The notes below the pieces were generated by a model. The model was not told where the DNA came from, did no database searches, and saw nothing but the letters and a program-made list of their open reading frames with translations. A stretch of 64,000 bases of DNA from NCBI GenBank assembly GCA_951406725.2, contig OX597823.1, positions 115,444,001 to 115,508,000 on the forward strand. Reading direction: 5' to 3'. The position numbers were made by a program, and so were the translations under genes. This document shows, one piece after another, positions 27,154 to 38,992 of this stretch (positions are counted from its first letter, which is position 1; the number at the start of each line of letters is the position of its first letter). Source of the stretch: Octopus vulgaris. Its lineage: Eukaryota.

Positions 27154-27452
27154 GAGCACAAATTGTTCTCACTTTACTACTCTCAAGTAAAAAACTATTC
27201 TTGGTAGCGATTGTGACTTTGAAAGAAACTGGAATGAAGGATGCTGAGAAGGTACCTCTTTGCAATGGCAGTGTAGATCTGGTGCAGTTTGACTGCAAAC
27301 ATCTAAAGCAAGAAACAAATTGCAGGAGATTACAAAGGGACAATTTAACTTTGAACTTCATGCCAGTTATGCCTGAAGAATTTACAAGTGTAAAGGGCAA
27401 CAACAATATTGCTTTTGTCAGAGTCTCGAGGCTGAAAATTCACTGATGTTTG
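27154..27452 (+). CDS. Candidate exon encoding most of a ~99-aa small ORF of unknown product
   Basis: Acceptor CTTAAT..TCTTTTAATGCAG|; open frame of non-repetitive composition to TGA at 27444-27446; donor TTG|GTAAAA; in frame with ATG CTA G| at 15890-15896. Confidence 0.4.
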
Positions 27453-27501
27453 GTAAAAGAAAGCAACTGTAGAGTAGATGTTGCTCTAAGGAATCTCTAT
27501 G

Positions 27502-27562
<61 letters not shown>

Positions 27563-27566
27563 CCTA

Positions 27567-27644
<78 letters not shown>

Positions 27645-27739
27645 AATAAATGTGTGTATATATATATATATATATATATCATATATATGTATATATATAT
27701 GTATGTATAAGTATGTCAGTATATGTATGTACATATGTA

Positions 27740-27783
<44 letters not shown>

Positions 27784-27937
27784 TATATCTATCTATCTAT
27801 CTCTCCTTACCACCTCTCACTCTCTTTCTATATATATAATATGTGTATATATAAATATATAACTTTACAGAATGTTGATAAAATAAGACGGTGCATGGCA
27901 TTGCATTACATAATGTGTTCAAAAAACACACATAAAA

Positions 27938-28118
27938 ATATAAGTACAAACAAGCAGAACAAACTGAAAACACACAGAATGTTGCAAAATCCTCTTCAGG
28001 TATCATTCAAAGGATTGCAGCAATTTCACACCTGATGGAATCCTTTGGACAATATCTGACGAGGATTTGGTAACATTCTGTGTGTTTTCTGTTTGTTTTA
28101 TTTGTTTGTGCTTTTATA
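27938..28118. repeat. Imperfect ~80-bp inverted repeat (fold-back)
   Basis: 27938-28016 pairs with 28039-28118 (e.g. AAAACACACAGAATGTT / AACATTCTGTGTGTTTT). Confidence 0.8.
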
Positions 28119-28141
28119 TATATTATGTGTATATATATGCA

Positions 28142-28196
<55 letters not shown>

Positions 28197-30092
28197 GTTC
28201 TGCGCCGTGAGGACCAAAGACTGGAGGTGTTTCGTGTTGCAAGACAGTGTGTGAGAGAGAATCGTGATGTGGTAGGAGAGAAGTGTGTTCGCATGGAAGA
28301 TGGTTCACTTGCGCTAAATGAGGATGCAAAGAGAGAGGTTTGGAGATGCCACTATGAAAGGTTGCTGAATGAAGAAAATGAATGGGATAAAGAGAGTCTG
28401 CCGAATGTTGACCCAACAGAGGGACCAGCTATCCGAGTTGATAGTTCTGTGGTAGCTAAGGCAATTAGAAGCATGAAGACAGGGAAAGCCCCAGGCCCAT
28501 CAGGAATCACTGCAGAGATGCTCAAAATGTCTGGTAGTGTCGGCTATAGCCTAGTCACCCATATAGTTAATCAGGTGATACACAAAGGGGTCATACCCAA
28601 TGACTGGTGTAGCAGTATAATAGTCAACTGCTACAAAGGTAAAGGTGATGCCCTAGATACAAATAACTACAGAGGTATCAAGCTGTTGGACCAGGTGATG
28701 AAGGTTACGGAGAGGGTCATAGCCCAACTAATTAGAGAGAGAGTTAGTTTAGATGAGATGCAGTTTGGGTTTGTGCCAGGGAAAAGTACTACTGATGCTA
28801 TATTCCTGGTAAGGCAGCTGCAGGAGAAATACCTAGCCAAAGATAAGCCCCTGTACCTGGCTTTTGTTGACATGGAGAAAGCCTTCGACAGGGTCCCCCG
28901 ATCCCTTATCTGGTGGGCAATGAGAAAACTAGGGATAGATGAATGGTTAGTGAGAGCTGTGCGGGCCATGTATAGGGACGCCGCTAGTAGGGTGAGGGTT
29001 GGAAATGAGTACAGTGAAGAATTCCGGGTAGAGGTAGGGGTCCACCAAGGCTCAGTACTCAGCCCCCTCCTATTTATCATAGTCCTCCAGGCAATAACGG
29101 AGGAATTCAAGACAGGATGCCCTTGGGAGCTCCTCTATGCTGATGACCTTGCTCTAATTGCTGAGTCGCTATCAGAACTGGAGGAGAAGTTTCAGGTGTG
29201 GAAACAAGGATTAGAATCGAAGGGCCTCAGAGTCAATCTAGCTAAAACCAAAGTCGTAATCAGTAGGAAGGTAGACAAATCACAAACACCTTCAGGTAGA
29301 TGGCCCTGCTCGATCTGTAGAAAAGGTGTAGGTAGAAACTCTATAAGATGCACCAAGTGTAAGCTATGGACACATAAGAGATGCAGCAATGTCAAAGGAA
29401 GGCTAACTAGGAAGATGGTTTTTGTATGTGGCAGATGCTCAGGAACAATAAACACTGAAAATGCTCTGAGACCAACTTCTGTCACTTTCCAGGGAGAAAA
29501 ACTAGAAATAGTTGATAGTTTCCGTTACCTAGGTGACCAAGTCAGCAGCGGGGGCGGGTGTGCTGAAAGTGTAACTGCTAGAGTAAGAATAGCTTGGGCA
29601 AAGTTCAGAGAGCTCTTACCTCTGCTGGTGACAAAAGGCCTCTCGCACAGAGTGAAAGGCAGACTGTATGATGCGTGTGTACGAACAGCCATGCTACATG
29701 GCAGTGAAACATGGGCCGTGACTGCTGAGGATATGCGTAAGCTCGCTAGAAATGAAGCCAGTATGCTCCGATGGATGTGTAATGCCAGTACTCACACTCG
29801 GCAGAGTGTAAGTACCTTGAGAGAAAAGCTGGACCTAAGAAGCATCAGTTGTGGTGTGCAAGAGAGACGTTTGCGCTGGTATGGTCATGTGGCGAGAATG
29901 GATGAAGATAGTTGTGTGAAAAAGTGCCACACCCTAGCGGTTGAGGGAACCTGTGGAAGAGGCAGACCCAGGAAAACCTGGGACGAGGTGGTGAAGCACG
30001 ACCTTCGAACTTTAGGTCTCACCGAGGAAATGACTAGAGACCGAGACCTCTGGAAGTGTGCTGTGCGCGAGAAGACCCGGCAGGACAAGTGA
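28197..30092 (+). CDS. RTE reverse transcriptase (partial, endonuclease missing) with in-frame PHD-type zinc finger
   Basis: KAPGPSGI, NYRGIKLL, QFGF, FVDMEKAFDRV, GVHQGSVLSPLLF, YADD (29136-29147), FRYLG, RLRWYGHV; the first ~39 aa of the ORF-track protein come from upstream flank and microsatellite. Confidence 0.9.
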   Translation, partial: VLRREDQRLEVFRVARQCVRENRDVVGEKCVRMEDGSLALNEDAKREVWRCHYERLLNEENEWDKESLPNVDPTEGPAIRVDSSVVAKAIRSMKTGKAPGPSGITAEMLKMSGSVGYSLVTHIVNQVIHKGVIPNDWCSSIIVNCYKGKGDALDTNNYRGIKLLDQVMKVTERVIAQLIRERVSLDEMQFGFVPGKSTTDAIFLVRQLQEKYLAKDKPLYLAFVDMEKAFDRVPRSLIWWAMRKLGIDEWLVRAVRAMYRDAASRVRVGNEYSEEFRVEVGVHQGSVLSPLLFIIVLQAITEEFKTGCPWELLYADDLALIAESLSELEEKFQVWKQGLESKGLRVNLAKTKVVISRKVDKSQTPSGRWPCSICRKGVGRNSIRCTKCKLWTHKRCSNVKGRLTRKMVFVCGRCSGTINTENALRPTSVTFQGEKLEIVDSFRYLGDQVSSGGGCAESVTARVRIAWAKFRELLPLLVTKGLSHRVKGRLYDACVRTAMLHGSETWAVTAEDMRKLARNEASMLRWMCNASTHTRQSVSTLREKLDLRSISCGVQERRLRWYGHVARMDEDSCVKKCHTLAVEGTCGRGRPRKTWDEVVKHDLRTLGLTEEMTRDRDLWKCAVREKTRQDK

Positions 30093-30705
30093 GTCCACAA
30101 CCCGTGGCCTTCTACATGGGATGGAGCCAGCCTACGTATGCATACCTTCCCTTCTTGGGACACAAAACTCTACTTGTGAAGACGTGTTGAGGCAAGTGAG
30201 GATCAGAATCGAAATCGATCAATGGAAATTGCGGATGTGCTACCAGTGCCGGTGGCATGTCGAAACTCTGCTTGTGAAGACCCATTGAGGCAAGTGAGGA
30301 TCAGAATCGAAATCGATCAATGGAAATCGATCAATGGAAATTGCAGATGTGTTACCAGTGCCGGTGGCATGTAAGAGAACCTTCCGTTTCGCGACCGTTG
30401 CCAGCACCGCCCCGTTTCGTGTTCGTTGCCAGCCTCGCCTGGCCCCTCGTGCCGGTGGCACATAAAAAACACCATCCGTTCGTGGCCGTTTGCCAGCTCT
30501 GGCTGGCACCAGTGCGGGTGGCACGTAAAAAGCACCCACTACACTCACGGAGTGGTTGGCGTTAGGAAGGGCATCCAGCCGTAGAAACACTGCCAGATTT
30601 GACTGGGCCTGATGAAGCCTTCTGGCTTCACAGACCCCAGCAGAACTGTCCAACCCATGCTAGCATGGAAAACGGACGCTAAATGATGATGATGATGATG
30701 ATGAC
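28197..30705 (+). mobile_element. RTE-clade LINE, 5'-truncated, with open RT frame, 3' UTR and (GAT)n tail
   Basis: Uninterrupted frame to 30092; 3' UTR with internal duplications; tail ...GGACGCTAAATGATGATGAT. Confidence 0.95.
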
Positions 30706-31056
30706 ATTAAGAAATTTTGAGCTGACGAAAGAAATGCTGATTTTATTTGGCTAATCTTGAAACGTTGACGTACTCAAACGATCTATGTACTTGTGATATT
30801 TTTCTGTATTTACCTCCAAACCTCCGTGAGCTGTCTGGAGTAAACATTATCTGAGAGAAATTTTCTTTAAGTAGTAGAAATAGCTAAAAAAATTCTTTTT
30901 GGCTGCTATTTCTACTTAGTTCAGTATGTGGCAAAGTAATTTATTTTACTAAGCCCTAATTATATAATGTAATATTTTGAATTCGCCTTAAATGGTCCTT
31001 TTACATACTGAACACTTGGTGAAATTGATTAATTAATTAATTTTACCCTCAATTGT

Positions 31057-31090
<34 letters not shown>

Positions 31091-31266
31091 TTGCATATAA
31101 TTATAATAGGGGTAGCTACTGAGTAGCACCACATAGCTCTAAAACTACACTATTTATCATTTAGACACAGGATTAAACATAATTCATAAAGTCCTACATA
31201 GATATATCCTTGATTATAATGATATATATGTATATGTGTATATCTATATATGTATATGTATATATG

Positions 31267-31297
<31 letters not shown>

Positions 31298-31800
31298 GTA
31301 TGTGAAAAATACAAACTGGGACAAGAATGCAAAACATTTAGAAGACGATCCAAAAACATGGACAGGACATTCGAAGCCTTCAATCTTCAGTGTATATATA
31401 TATATATACACGCACACACACACACATATATATACACATACATACTTACATACACATATGTATATATTTATTTATATGTATATACATCTGCATGAGTTAG
31501 AGATTAGACAACCATCTAAGGGATAATAAATATCCAATATGCTACTAGATGTATACCTATGTATTTACATGTGTATATATGTGTATATGTATATGTGTAT
31601 ATGTATATGTATATATGTATATGTGTATATGTATATATATATATATATATACACACACACATACATATGTACATACATATACAGACATACATAATACACA
31701 CACACACAGATATGTACATATATATAGATTTATATATATATATATAGATATATATACATGTATTTATATATATACATGTATGTATGTGTATATGTATATA

Positions 31801-31841
<41 letters not shown>

Positions 31842-31844
<3 letters not shown>

Positions 31845-32597
31845 TGCAGGCGTAGCTGTGTGCTAAGTAGCATATTTACCAACCACATCGTTCCAGTTTC
31901 AATCTCACTGCATGGCACCTTGGGCAAGAGTCTTCTGCTATAACCTCGGGCCGACCAAAGCGTTGTGAGTGAATTTGGTAGATGGAAACTGAAAGAAGCC
32001 TGTTGTATATATGTATATATATGTATGTATATGTGTGTGTGTTTGTTTGTGTTTGTCTCCCCGACATCGCTTGACAACCGATGGCTGTGTGTTTATATCC
32101 CCGTAACATAGCAGTTCGGCAAAAGACACCAATAGAATAAGTACTAGGCTTAGAAAGAATAAGTCCTGGGTTTGATTTGATCAACTAAAAGCGGTGCTTC
32201 AGCATGGCGGCAGTCAAATGACTGAAACAAGTGAAAGAGTAAAGAGAGAGTAAAAGAGTATATATATATCGACTCCAGGACTTGTTCCTTGTAAGTCTAG
32301 TACTTATTCTATTGGTCTCTTTTGCCGAACTGCTAAGTTATGGGGATGTAAACACACCAGCATCAGTTGTCAAGCGATGTTGGGGGGACAAACACAGACA
32401 CACAAACACGCACATATATATGCACATACATATATACGACAGGCTTCTTTCAGTTTCCGTCTACCAAATCCACTCACAAGGCTTTGGTTGGCCCAAGGTT
32501 ATAGCAGAAGACTCTTGCCCAAGGTGCCATGCAGTGGGACTGAGTCTGGAACCATGTGGTTGGTAAACAAGCTACTTAGCACACAGCCTCTCCTACG
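31842..32597. mobile_element. Two SINE family A copies tail-to-tail (+ 31842-32260; - 32270-32597)
   Basis: Family A consensus in opposite orientations. Confidence 0.85.
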
Positions 32598-32771
32598 CAT
32601 ATATATACATATGCGTGTGTGTGTGTATATTTGTATATATATATGTGTATATCTGTATATATATATAGTTAATCCAAACAAGAAAACACAAAAAAACAAA
32701 AAAACAACAACGCGAGGACGTGGAACAAATAAAGTATTATTGGACGCTCAGGAAAGAAGGGAAGAAGGAGG

Positions 32772-32806
32772 GTTTAACGTTTCGAGCGGAGCTCTTCGTC
32801 GGAAAC
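32772..32806 (-). ncRNA. Minimal hammerhead-like motif (core CCGACGA) in a PLE-type terminal repeat
   Basis: Minus strand GTTT-CCGACGA-A-GAGC-TCC-GCTC-GAAA-CG-TT-AAAC. Confidence 0.6.
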
Positions 32807-32880
32807 ATAGGAGAAGGAAAGATCCAGAGAAGGGAAGACGGAGGAAAAAAATCGCCAGCGGTACTCATGAGGTCACATAT

Positions 32881-32932
<52 letters not shown>

Positions 32933-32957
32933 TACACACACACACACACACACATCC

Positions 32958-33025
<68 letters not shown>

Positions 33026-33048
33026 CCATTATATATATATATATACAT

Positions 33049-33083
<35 letters not shown>

Positions 33084-33124
33084 TCCCTATAAATATGTAC
33101 ATACTTCCATATATATATATACAC

Positions 33125-33158
<34 letters not shown>

Positions 33159-33161
33159 GCA

Positions 33162-33202
<41 letters not shown>

Positions 33203-33300
33203 GCATGCATATATATATATATATATATACATACATCATGCATATATATATATATATATATATATTTATATTTATGGATGTATGTATATATACATATATT

Positions 33301-33338
<38 letters not shown>

Positions 33339-33367
33339 ATATTTATGGATGTATGTATATATACATA

Positions 33368-33408
<41 letters not shown>

Positions 33409-33569
33409 TTATGGATGTATGTATATATACATATATATATGTATATCTATATATATATATACACACACACACACACAACAAAAAAATATATATATACACA
33501 CACACACACACACTCACATACGCATGATGTATGTATATAGATATATATATATGAGAGAGATTTAAGTTG

Positions 33570-34700
33570 TGGAAGATGATTATTACAATATTTTCTGTCA
33601 CTTATTTCAAATTTTGGACATTTAGTTTTTGGCAGGAATAGAGAGCTTGATATTATTCTTAGAATGGAATGCTAGTGAGCAGGGTGGGGTTATGTTTGTA
33701 AAGACTCCGTTATATTCGTGTGTGGAGAAAAAGTTTGAAGAATTTGTTATGATAGAGCGAGGTTGCCTTGATGTTTTCGTGATCAGAGATGTTTTCACAC
33801 CATCTTTATATGCTTCAGGATAATCGTTAACACCTATTTAGGAAATTGTTTAGTTAAAATACATTAATTGAATGGGAAATAGTAGTTGTGTGTTTTATGT
33901 ATCAGACGTAGAGTTTTTTGTAGGAGTGAGGTAATTGGAAAAAACAAAAACTTAGGCGTAGGAGTGGCTGTGTGGTAAGTAGCTTGTTTACCAACCACAT
34001 GGTTCCGGGTTCAGTCCCATTGCGTGGCACCATGGGCAAGTGTCTTCTACTATAGCCTCGGGCCGACCAAAATCTTGTGAGTGGATTTGGTAGATGGAAA
34101 CTGAAAGAAGCCCGTCAGATATATGTATATATATATATATATTTGTGTGCGTGTGTGTGTATGTGTATATGTTTGTGTGTCTGTCTTTGTCCACCTAGCA
34201 TTGCTTGACAACCAATGCTGGTGCGTTTATGTCCCCGTCACTTAGCGGTTCGGCAAAAGAGACCGATAAAATAAGTACTGGGCTTACAAAGAATAAGTCC
34301 CGGGGTTGATTTACTCAACTAAAGGCACTGCTCCAGCATGGCCGCAGTCAAATGACTGAAACAAGTAAAAGAGAGTAAGAGTAATTGAATGGGAAATAGT
34401 AGTTGTGTGTCTTACGTATCAGACGTAGAGTTTTATGTAGGAGTGAGGTAATTGGAAAAAACAAATACTGATTAAGGTTCAATAACAACTTATTGATTAC
34501 ACTGTCTTGTTGCTATTGTCGAGGAGCTGCAATGAATTCACAAATTGAAGACCGAATGACAATGTACTCTCTTTCATATAGAGTACGTACAGTTGATCAG
34601 TGTCAATCTGTTTAAAGTTGTAATGGTGACACTGCCATCCGCATCTGGGAAATGTTCTTAGGTTTTTCACCTCAACTTTATTGGTTTTTATTTCAAAGAT
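33570..34700 (-). mobile_element. Decayed PLE RT/linker remnant interrupted by a SINE
   Basis: Weak PLE-like motifs (INCTY..KESTLSF; FLNRC*R; SLAFHSKNNIK). Confidence 0.35.
33954..34381 (+). mobile_element. SINE family A flanked by an 88-bp direct duplication
   Basis: 33865-33952 and 34382-34469 match at 84 of 88 positions. Confidence 0.9.
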
Positions 34701-36960
34701 AACAAAAATGGTTTTTGTATGTTATTTAGCTGATTGTTTTATTACTACGTAGCTATTCTTCTTTCTCTGGGTAATTGAAATATTGTAAGTTGCTGCTGTT
34801 TAGTTACATAACGGTCTTGATTGAATGGACCCTTAATCAAAGCCATTCCAGCCATGGCCCTGTGCTCCCCCCTCTGCTCTATGCACTGTGTACTTTGGAC
34901 TACATTATCTAATGTATCCTTTCGTCTTTTTTCTTTCTTTCTCGCAAAATGTGCACCTGAGCATTGTGGTGCACCTGAGCACTGTATACAATAATTTCGT
35001 TATTATTATTATAATGGACTCTTGGTAAATATTTCAATTTTACCATTTAGTTTTAATGGGTGCAAAGAGAAGCCAAAAATATATGAGATGTGAGTTGAGC
35101 AGGATTTGGCTGTTATTTCTTGTTGATGCTTCTTTGGTTGCAAAGAGGTAGGGAAAGTCATTTGAGATTTTCAGTAGACCTGAAAAAAAAGTGTTGAAAT
35201 GAAAAATGTTTAGTGTCTAAGATACAAAGATGCAAAAAAAAAAAAAGAAAAAAAAAAACAAAAAACAAAGAATAATATCAGATATAGATATTTGGGTAAC
35301 CTAGATTGAGAATTTTGTATGAAGTACAGTGTATAAAGGATGGTATTTATTTTTGTGTTGAAATATAGAAGACTTGGAAGAGAGGACTATGCCAAGAGAA
35401 CTTCAGAGATCAACTGACAAGTAGCAATTATTTCATATCCATCTTCACCAGATCTCCACAGAGAATTCAATATTCAAAAATTAATGATATTTATGCTAAT
35501 TTCTGTTGTTAAATCTATTTTTCTTTCCCGTCTGTTTCCCATAAGTAATCGACTGAATAATTAAACCTCCATCATCTCATCCGTCGTCAGCATAGCCATT
35601 GGCTAACGAACCGGTTGTCAGTCAGTAACGGCTCTGACATGGCATTATGAAGAGTTTGTTTACAACCAAGAAAATCGAACACTTTGCATAAACTGGGAAA
35701 ACTACTTGGGAAACAAAGAAATTAATTCTAAATTCTTCTAGATTTATCAATTGTCAGTTTAATAAAAGCCTGCCTCTGTGTGAAATAGACAGATTTTGGC
35801 CAGGCATTAATTTAAAGTGAGCTGCTCTTGTCAGTAGCAATAAATTGCTACTTGGTTTTCATATCTCAATTACTAGAAAATACCAAGACTCACTGTAGTA
35901 CCCACTGCAGTAATTGCAATCAATAATCAGAGAATCTATGCCTTTGGCCTTTCGCGTTGTTTTTATTTTAAATTGCTTAATCTGATTTGCTAGAAAATGC
36001 CGCAAATAGATATCGCTATCCAAGGGAGGTAACTCACTTGCTACTGCATTCTGCTTAGTTGTGACGTTGTGTGAGGAATTTCTCTTTTTCAGTCGATAAA
36101 ATAAATTATCATTATTGCTATTATTGCTAGATTACGATCACTAACACATTCCCCCACCGCCTGTTTATGCCCTCTCACCCTTTCCTCTCCCCCCTCTCTC
36201 TCTTGCATACAATCATGTTAATGGGTTTTAAGACAACGGGAAGGATTGGGGTATCTATCGAAAATATATTTCAGTCAGAAATACAATATTTTCAACTCAC
36301 TAAGCTATCAGATATTGCTCTTGTTCTTGTACCCCTACGAGAGAGGGAGGGGGAGAGAGAGAGAGAGAGAATATGGTACCATTCCCATCGGCATGGGCCA
36401 CCAAGTCAGGCCTCCCTGATACCCTCACCTCCTTGTTGACAGACAACCTCCCTAACTGGTGTTGGCCATTCCTTCTTTTAATGAACTTTCTTAAAACCAC
36501 ACACAACTCATTCATTATCTGAAGCAGATTCTTAAGTGCAAAGTTTACAAGGATTTTATCTCTTCTTCCATTATTCTGGAGTCAATAAAATAATTGCCAT
36601 TTATATATTGGGATCAATGCAATCAATTATAATGATAATAATGAAATTATTGTATACAGTGCTCAGGTGCACCACAAAAGTAAGGTCAAGTTCGCTGCAG
36701 GGTCATTGGTTTAAGTTAAAGAGACCGAATGGAGGATTCGGGATCAACTTAGCAAGATCGACAGGCCTAGACTGTATAAAGGTGATAGACTGAGTCGCGC
36801 ACTTCCTAATGAGAAAAGGGAGAATGAACGTTATCAATACCTGTAACCGCGGACCTCCTTTACAAATTTGTGGCTTGTGGCAGTGTTAGAAATCATTCAG
36901 CCCTTCAGCATTCAGGTTACTCTGCCAAATGCAATGCCTACTTTTTCACACTGTTTTCAA

Positions 36961-37207
36961 TTACATTATTTACATTTGACAGATATTTGTCCTCATCTTA
37001 TTTGTTGTTAACACAACGTTTCGGCTGATATATCCTCCAGCCTTCATCAGGTGTCTCGGGGAAATTTCAAACCTGGGTTCTCATTCCCAAGGTATTTTTC
37101 AATGTTATTATTATTATTATTATTCAGGTCAATGCTTGGTATCAAACTCGGAATCTTGGGGTTAGTAGCCTGTGGTTAAGAGCAGGGGCTACTAACCCCA
37201 AGATTCC
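36961..37207 (-). mobile_element. tRNA-headed SINE-like element carrying a hammerhead ribozyme, with inverted 5' duplication
   Basis: Minus strand: tRNA-like arm and B-box (GGCTACTAACCCCAAGATTCCGAGTTTGATACC), (AAT)n, hammerhead, tail AAATGTAAATAATGTAA; 21-bp perfect inverted repeat at 37150-37170 / 37187-37207. Confidence 0.7.
37010..37055 (-). ncRNA. Minimal type I hammerhead ribozyme, intact core
   Basis: GACAC-CTGATGA-A-GGCTG-GAGGATATAT-CAGCC-GAAA-CG-TT-GTGTT: stem I, CUGAUGA, 5-bp stem II, GAAA, palindromic stem III (AACGTT), GUU cleavage triplet. Confidence 0.8.
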
Positions 37208-37467
37208 TCATACAGTCTGCCTTTTACTCTGAGCGAGAGGCCTTTTGCCACCAGCTGGGGTAAGAGCTCTCTAAACTTTGCCCAGGCTAGTCTTACTCTA
37301 GTAGTTACACTTTCAGCACACCCACCCCCGCTACTGACTTGGTCACCTAGGTAGCGGAAGCTATCAACTACTTCTAGTTTTTCTCCATGGAACGTGGAAG
37401 AAGTTGGTCTCTGCACATTTTCAGTGTTTATTGCTCCTGAGCATCTGCCACAGACAAAAACTATTTT

Positions 37468-37469
<2 letters not shown>
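37208..37469 (-). mobile_element. Internal fragment of the same RTE family as 28197-30705
   Basis: KIVFVCGRCSG...FRYLGDQVSSGGGCAESV...KGRLY. Confidence 0.9.
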
Positions 37470-37499
<30 letters not shown>

Positions 37500-37517
<18 letters not shown>

Positions 37518-38104
37518 ATGTGTGTATACGTTTGTGTGTCTGTGTTTGTCCCCACAACATCCCTTGACAACTGATGCTGGTGTGTTTATGTTCCCATTTA
37601 GCAAAAGAGACCAATAGAATGAGTACTAGGCTTACAAAGAATAAGTCCTGGGGTCGATTTGCTCGACTAAAGGTGATGCTCCAGCATGGCCACAGTCACA
37701 TGACTGAAACAAGTAAAAGAGAGTAAAAGAGTAATCTTAGCTTTTGGTTTCACTCTATTGAAGAATGAGCAAATGTGCTTCTGTTGTTTGATCTCTCATC
37801 AGATGTTTTTACAATTTATAAAATCAGGGCCAGTGCCATGCTTTAGATAGACCTGGCAGTTGTCTACTCTGCTAAAATCTGTAGGTACTCTTTTACTTGT
37901 TTCAGTTATTTGACAGCGACCATGCTGGAGCACCGCCTTTAGTCAAGTAAATCAACCCCAAGACTTTTTCTTTGTAATCCTAGTACTTATTCTATCAATC
38001 TCTTTTGCTGAACTGGTAAGTTACAGGGGTATAAACACACCACCTTTGGTTGTCAAGCGATGTTGGGGGGACAAACACAGATACACAAACATATGCATAC
38101 ATAC

Positions 38105-38158
<54 letters not shown>

Positions 38159-38320
38159 TACGACGGGCTTCTTTCAGTTTCCATCTACCATATCCACTCA
38201 TAAAGCTTTTGTCGGCCCAAGGCTATAGTAGAAGACACTTGCCCAAGGTGCCACGCAGTGGGAATGAACCTGGAAGCATGTGGTTGGTAAGCAAGCTACT
38301 TACCACACAGCCACTCCTGC
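37500..38320. mobile_element. SINE family A copies (+ 3' half 37500-37732; - full 37888-38320)
   Basis: Consensus match. Confidence 0.85.
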
Positions 38321-38992
38321 ACCACAAATTCAGAACAACTTAGGCAAAATTTCTTAACATAACTACAAATAGCGATTTTCAAAAAATGTAGATAAATAAA
38401 TAAAAATTGCTAGATGTGGGGTTCACTCCCCTGCATGCAACATATCAGACACAAGTTGTGCTGTTGACCAGTTGGAGATGTTCTCCTGGGGTTAAAAAAT
38501 AGTAGTAACATTGTTCTGTACTGAGTGGCCATGTTGAAGTGGCCACAAGCATTACTTTTCATTAGAGTTACCACATCCATCTCTTATAGAAATTTCAGAA
38601 ATAGCTGCTTTGCTTGTTCAAAGTGTAGTATTTTAAACTCAGCCTCTCTATTCACGTTTGTTGACCGAGATTTACTGTAAGTGCAAGAGTAGGTGTTTGG
38701 TAAGAAGTTTATTTACCAACCACATGGTCTCAGGTTCAGTCCCACTGCATGACACCTTGGGCAAGTGTCATCTACTATAGCCTTGGCCCAACCAAAGCCC
38801 TGTGAGTTCGATTTGAAAAATGGAAACTGACATAAGCCTGTCATGAACGTATGTATTTATGTACTTATGCATTTAAGTGAGTATACATGTATGTACGTAT
38901 ATTCAGGTGTGTATGTATGTATGTATGTATGTATGTATGTACGTATGTACGGATGGATGGAAGGATGCATGATTCACTGGGATGTAGAAATA

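Noticed and set aside
31355-31392. Possible hammerhead (minus strand CTGAAGA..GAAGGCTTC-GAATGTC)
   Set aside because: No GAAA and no convincing stem I or III; truncated by microsatellite.
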